From assembly GCA_002633005.1 (NCBI GenBank), contig NMRA01000166.1, forward strand, positions 248,001-312,000: a stretch of 64,000 nucleotides of DNA, given 5' to 3'. Positions 27,201 to 64,000 of the stretch are shown piece after piece; within the stretch, counting starts at the first letter, position 1, and each line of letters starts with the position of its first letter. Source of the DNA: Phoronis australis (taxonomy: Eukaryota > Animalia > Phoronida). Below the pieces are notes generated by a model. The model was not told the origin of the DNA. It ran no database searches and saw only the letters and a program-made list of their open reading frames with translations. A program made the position numbers and the translations under genes.

Positions 27201-29491
27201 TGGCTCGGAGCCCGATCAGGCCTGTCGCAGCCAGACTGATTCGTTATCCCGGCCAGTGGCTCGGAAACCGATCAGGCCCGTTGCGACCGGCGGGACTGAA
27301 GACATCACAAACATAAACCAGCCAAAGTTGGAAACTAAACTTCCAGTCAAGAAAATACTATACTAGTGAGCCAAAGAAGTAATGTGCACGTGATTATGTT
27401 GGTGAATTAGCCACGAAACTGCAAATCTACTTACTCGATCGTCGGGGGCCGCGAATTCAGGTTCCGCTTTGGCAACAGAACCGTCAGGGTAGAAGTTGTA
27501 CATTGAAAATCATTATTTAAATAATGTAAATGTAAATAAACATTCCCCTAACACCTGTCCGTAGGATAGAAATTGACGTTGTTTCACAACAGTTTCGGTC
27601 AGCAAACACTGAATTAGCATGAGCTCACACGGCCTCGGTGTCCCGGCCGTCATTTAGTTTTATTATTGCACCTAAAGCCGGTAAGGCATTGATTTATTTA
27701 TTGCTGGCTTCTCAAACCATTTCACTCACGAGCACTCCAAAGGCATTACAAATTGCATCTAATGAGACAGACCTTAGTTCAGTTTTATATTGGTTAGGGT
27801 GAGAATGATTCATTTTGAAACAGAACACTCAGTAATAAACGTCAACATGCCAAGCTAGTGGCAACTCGCAATCCCGACTTAGATGAGAGCTCATCCCGAC
27901 GAAGACTTCGCAGGTGGATCGTTAAGTTTCATAGGCTATCAGTTCGAACCGAATACAATGATAAAGAAATACTAGAGAGATGCCATGAACAAGCTCAGAC
28001 AACGGAACGTATGGATAGCTTGTGGTAAGCCGGCATTCGTCAGGCGACGACTGCAGGCCACAGACACGGAGATGTTTCATGGCCTCATACTTGCTATTTA
28101 CAGCGTACTTTTCATTGTTCACTACTGCGAGCCACTTCCTAAGCATTTCGAACTCTCGAGGAAGTCGAAAAAAGATATACCCACTTTCCTCGCAGCTGCA
28201 TAGTTTGAACACGCGGGAACGATGCACCACAACATAGCAGCATTCACTCTGCAAATGAACCAGTGACGTTGCTGCGTCGTTTCTCACCTTCCTCACAGCG
28301 ACACCTCTCGGCAAGGTCGATCGTATGCGAGGCGATGTGGATATAGACCGATTAAGACGGCAAAAAAGACTAATTAAATCGGGTGGCATTCTCCTTTAAG
28401 GATCCTCAGTGCTATCAACCAAGCTTGAAAATAGCAACATTGTATATACATTGTATATTTCTTCCTGCTTAGAAAAAAGAGCCACCACTGTGATCTCATT
28501 TCTCCCTTCAGCTATATGTGCCTAGGCTTCCTAGTAATCATTACAATGTGTGTGTCCAAACTTCTAAGGTTCTGATTGACAGTGGATGTCCAAATGATGA
28601 TAGGGGTATCCTTGTCAGGGCATCCAGGTTAGTGCGTCCATTTTGGATGCCCAGGACCTACGCTGCATAAAAGCCAGCTCTAGGGTCCATTTTATGAAAG
28701 TGACTTAAGACTAAAGACAGAAATTTGGTCTTATTCTCCTACTTCACCATAGTTGAAAAAAGCCTAACAGCCAGATCATGATGTACGCATCACACTCTAG
28801 ACATTATTTATGGAAGTAATCTTGTTTTATGTAATCTAGGTCATCTCATAACTAAGTCAAGCACAAACCACCACAATATTCCCAGCCATACTCAGAACAT
28901 ACCAGCTGCTCTACAGCTTTCAAAATTGATGCAAGGATAAACGATGAACAACACTTGATGGTTTTGAGCAAAGCTTGATTATTCCTTCACAATTCATGCA
29001 ATGTTTAGTAAATCACCTGCTACGTGACTCTTTCTAAACTAAAATGGAAGGACAGTACCACTTGAGACTGGGGTCACTGTCCTCCCTCAACTGGCTCAGG
29101 TTGAGCCAGTTGAGAGGACAGTGACCCCAGTCCTGGCTAGAGACATTTTATCAGATTGATCAGAGAGATAGAATCATACATGCTGAGTTAAAATGTGTTC
29201 TGTACGTGCTTTACACGGAATAGCTTTTTCTTATTTCGTATTCTTTGTTTTTAAGAGCCAGTCATTTTGTAAATTTCACTAAAATTTAGTGAATCGGATA
29301 TTCACATGCATGGTTGTGAATCACAGACATGTCAGTACTCATCACCGGGTAACCGTAGTAAACGGGGCCATTCGGACGAATTTGGACCATTGCACGTCAC
29401 TACCGTCGAATTAAGTCCCATTATCAGGATTATCAAAAATGCTAAAGTTACTAGTTAACAGGTTACGGATTACCTTCAACTGGGAACCCAT
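15116..29491 (-). CDS. HGD: Homogentisate 1,2-dioxygenase, complete spliced CDS (12 coding exons, 1323 nt, 440 aa)
   Basis: Exons 29474-29491, 24798-24869, 23515-23603, 22976-23081, 21354-21540, 19500-19579, 18960-19059, 18378-18499, 17859-17963, 16973-17099, 16149-16330, 15116-15250 join in frame with GT..AG introns. Hallmark motifs are present: [42 protein letters not shown] and TPHGPD (Fe ligands His/Glu/His intact). Confidence 0.97.
16149..16330 (-). CDS. HGD: HGD exon 11 ([10 protein letters not shown]...TPHGPD...VGTM)
   Basis: 182 nt, within ORF 16104..16340. Confidence 0.96.
16973..17099 (-). CDS. HGD: HGD exon 10 (DPSIFTVLT...[10 protein letters not shown]...RPPYYH)
   Basis: 127 nt, ag/gt flanks. 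Confidence 0.95.
17859..17963 (-). CDS. HGD: HGD exon 9 ([19 protein letters not shown]...AFDHA)
   Basis: 105 nt, ag/gt flanks. Confidence 0.95.
18378..18499 (-). CDS. HGD: HGD exon 8 ([20 protein letters not shown]...FEAKQ)
   Basis: 122 nt, ag/gt flanks. Confidence 0.95.
18960..19059 (-). CDS. HGD: HGD exon 7 ([33 protein letters not shown])
   Basis: 100 nt, ag/gt flanks. Confidence 0.95.
19500..19579 (-). CDS. HGD: HGD exon 6 ([27 protein letters not shown])
   Basis: 80 nt, ag/gt flanks. Confidence 0.95.
21354..21540 (-). CDS. HGD: HGD exon 5 (LRWMPFDI...[11 protein letters not shown])
   Basis: 187 nt, within ORF 21307..21558, ag/gt flanks. Confidence 0.95.
22976..23081 (-). CDS. HGD: HGD exon 4 ([13 protein letters not shown]...PPNPNQ)
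   Basis: 106 nt; the acceptor lies in a 20-bp tandem repeat. Confidence 0.95.
23081..23178. repeat. 20-bp minisatellite x5 containing the HGD exon 4 splice acceptor
   Basis: ACTGAAACAGAATCACAACA: four full copies plus 18 bp. Confidence 0.97.
23515..23603 (-). CDS. HGD: HGD exon 3 ([29 protein letters not shown])
   Basis: 89 nt, ag/gt flanks. Confidence 0.95.
24798..24869 (-). CDS. HGD: HGD exon 2 ([24 protein letters not shown])
   Basis: 72 nt, ag/gt flanks, clear HGD homology. Confidence 0.95.
24952..25336. mobile_element. Palindromic element with tRNA-like core, copy 1
   Basis: Inverted arms AAGTCTGAAAAAATCTCTGTCC / GGACAGAGATTTTTCAGACTT; homologous to 60557-60796. Confidence 0.75.
26741..28395. 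mobile_element. Kolobok-type DNA transposon derivative with THAP-domain remnant (HGD intron 1)
   Basis: TTAA on both sides (26737-40, 28396-99) and a perfect 15-bp TIR AGGAGAATGCCACCC. The minus-strand ORF contains [23 protein letters not shown] (THAP-like). Confidence 0.88.
29066..29132. repeat. Near-perfect 67-bp palindrome
   Basis: GACTGGGGTCACTGTCCTC[CC]TCAACTGGCTCA-ggt-TGAGCCAGTTGAGAGGACAGTGACCCCAGTC: 31 paired positions and one 2-nt bulge. Confidence 0.95.
29474..29491 (-). CDS. HGD: HGD coding exon 1 (MGSQLK)
   Basis: Minus strand aagATG GGT TCC CAG TTG AAG|gtaatc; phase 0; matches the short MAELK-type first exon of vertebrate HGD. Confidence 0.8.
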
Positions 29492-29690
29492 CTTCTACAT
29501 TAGAGTGCAAGGTTGTTAACCTGGCCAATAGGAAGCGCTGCTTGTTACATACCAAACCACCTAGCGGCTGTCAGGAAAACCGCCTTCTTAAAAAAGTGGG
29601 TCTGGTCTAATCAGGTCGTCGTTTAAACAGATTAATTTCTTCTTTAGTGGAATTACGATAACTGTGATTGTATCTGGTGCTGCAGCGATG
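29492..29690. promoter_or_regulatory. Putative bidirectional promoter between HGD and ASK1
   Basis: Short interval between divergent first exons; CCAAT at 29525-29529 followed by AGGAAG (ETS-like); locally CpG-richer than the flanking introns. Confidence 0.6.
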
Positions 29691-29804
29691 AACAGTGACT
29701 TGTGGTGACTGGTTGATTAGGCAGCTTTCTTGGCGAATTTAGCGATGTTAGTCTCCGAAGAATCCGACGACGGCCAAACGAGGCTGTCAGCTTGTTATTG
29801 CTGA
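29640..29804 (+). other. Putative non-coding first exon of ASK1 with uORFs (5' boundary approximate)
   Basis: Consensus donor GA|gtgagt at 29805 and acceptor ttgtgttgcag at 30485. The spliced frame has a TAG at 29749, so the exon is non-coding. uORFs at 29688-29708 and 29745-29804. Confidence 0.5.
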
Positions 29805-30507
29805 GTGAGTTCACCTTAATTAATCGCCTAGCACGCGCCGTAGGTCCTTACCACCTGGAAGTCCTGGACTGGTGTTTTCGTGGTGAAAATTTCAATTTTA
29901 AGCTCAAAGAATGTTATTTAAGTAGCAGTTTATTAAGAGTATGTTTTCGTATTACCCTGTGTCTTTTCATCCCTATTTTATACTGTGTGTAAAAATAAAA
30001 GATTCGTTACTGCCATACTATGCAGTGCCATACTCGTATGACATTGAGTTACTCAGTTTAGTTGGGTGTAAAGCTGAGATCCTGCCAACAATAATGATTC
30101 ATTGACTTTGCCGGAAATGAACAGCAGGTCATGTATAAATGAAATGCACACTGTGCTTATAGCTTACTATAAATTTGAGTTAAATTCAATTAAAACAATC
30201 TTAACCTATCAAAGTACATAACAAAACAGGCAATTAAATCGTTAGTCATATGAATGTGATATCAGGTTAGTTTGTTTGCCTGTATTTCATTTAATGCGGC
30301 ATTAAAGCTGTGGTTTATGTCAAAAACGTATAAATTTAGGGTGTTTTTTAATTGATGTCAGGTGACTTTAAGCATTCATATTGTCACCAGTCCAGAGCTA
30401 CATTTGTTTATTTGGTATATACCGTATGTACACAGAAATACTAGGTCAAAGATTGCCGTTCAGTGCTCTTATTTTTGTGTTGCAGATTTGACTTAAGGGC
30501 ATCCGTG

Positions 30508-62744
<32,237 letters not shown>

Positions 62745-63039
62745 GTAGGTTACATTCCTTAGCTCTGAATTTCCTGAATGTTGGAGGCCATGTCATTCAT
62801 TTAACAACAAATTCAGGAAGTGTGACAATATAATCAAAATACTTTAAAATAGTTTGATTCAAGTTATAAGAAAAATATGATTAAAGTCACATGCAGTTGC
62901 ATCATGATTGAATACCATTCTTTTGTTTCATGTTTTAAGGTGAAACCTTTTGTTTTGGTTCTTTAACATGGCTTAGCCTAGTTAGTATTCCAAATCACAC
63001 ACAATAACTGAATGAACCAAATGGAGTTTGTTGAAAGAG

Positions 63040-63880
63040 CTTGAAATTTGTGCACATGGCCATCGGCCCGAAGTACAACAAACAAACAATCATTGGAGTG
63101 CTATGCAAACTAGTCAGCAATACACAAGCTGTTCCGTTTTTGCATATCTCACAACTGAGGCATCAGAATTACATGTTAACAGTCTATGAAATTTAAACAA
63201 AGATGGACTTGTCCAGAGGCTCTCACTTAGAAATTTAGCTCTGATTTCGTAAAAAGCGTCGCAAACTAACAAAAAGTGATATTCATCCTTGACACAATTC
63301 CTCGAGCATAATGTACACACTCTTGTCTTAATATATCACATTTACGTGACGACCAGTTTCTACTGCCAGTCTGGTTTGCGCATCAAAAACGTGTAAAACT
63401 TTGCACAAACACTCGTGGAAGATTATCAATTTCTAAATAGTTTTCCTGTTCAAATACAACCTTAAAATTTTTGTAGTAGTTTAACTTAGAATTCGACTTA
63501 ACATCGGACTGCCATCTTTGCAAAGCACAGTCCTTAACATGTTGTAAGAAAATATTTACAAATGACTCTTGACATGTGATTCCTTGGTTTACCCAAACAT
63601 CATAGAAACCATACACTGACAATAAATTGTGGACTGAGCTTGCCCAATTATATATATGTCTACCGTTTTCATCTAGTCTGTACAGCATGTTGTAAGCGGC
63701 CCATGGATAACGTTCCTGTGGCATATTCAAAATTTTAAAGCAGTATTTAATACAGCTAACAAAATATCTCGTAAACATAGGGTATCTGCCACATTCACCC
63801 AGTACTGCAGAGTTAGAGCAAGAACTGCCAAGTGCCAGGGTCCATTTACAAATTTTCAAATGAATTTTTTAAACACTCGT
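63040..63880 (-). mobile_element. Non-LTR retrotransposon 3' fragment, RTE-X-like, frameshifted
   Basis: AVLGECGRYP..IKY..NWASSV..YGF..VW.NQG..KL..Y..FK..F..ENYL..FTRF followed by a CTLC..EYHFLLVC zinc knuckle; GGGCCGATGGCC hairpin in the 3' tail. Confidence 0.85.
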
Positions 63881-64000
63881 ATTCTTTAAAACCCCCTAAA
63901 GGAAGAAAAATTTGAGATTTTGGCTCCGTTATCTAATTAGGGATGTGTGAAGGTTTAAGACTTCACTTCCTTTCTAACATGTTTCAGTGTCCTCAGAGGG

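Noticed and set aside
25961-28678. Older MITE split by the Kolobok insertion
   Set aside because: Putative TIRs match only about 10/14 and no TSD is visible.

Overview
Intron-rich, AT-rich animal genomic DNA, most likely a marine invertebrate; the taxon cannot be fixed from sequence alone. Two spliced genes lie head-to-head with only about 250 bp between their first exons. On the minus strand is a complete homogentisate 1,2-dioxygenase (HGD): 12 coding exons, 29491 down to 15116, 440 aa. On the plus strand is an ASK1-family MAP3K (MAP3K5/15-like): 21 coding exons traced from 30508 to 62744, about 842 codons, continuing beyond the window. Exon boundaries were read by hand (GT..AG, phase-consistent). 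The introns carry two TTAA-flanked Kolobok-type DNA transposons (one with a THAP remnant), Helentron/HINE-like repeats full of CTCF-like motifs, two palindromic elements with a tRNA-like core, an approximately 1.6 kb fold-back palindrome of a Penelope-like element, an RTE-X-like LINE fragment, MITEs and many minisatellites. Two duplications flanking N gaps are probably unmerged haplotypes. Positions 1-12000 contain no recognisable protein-coding gene. No clearly new biological system can be proven from the sequence. The best leads are the HGD/ASK1 bidirectional promoter, the five-fold repeated HGD splice acceptor, the Penelope-like palindrome next to the kinase exon, and the tRNA-containing palindromic element.
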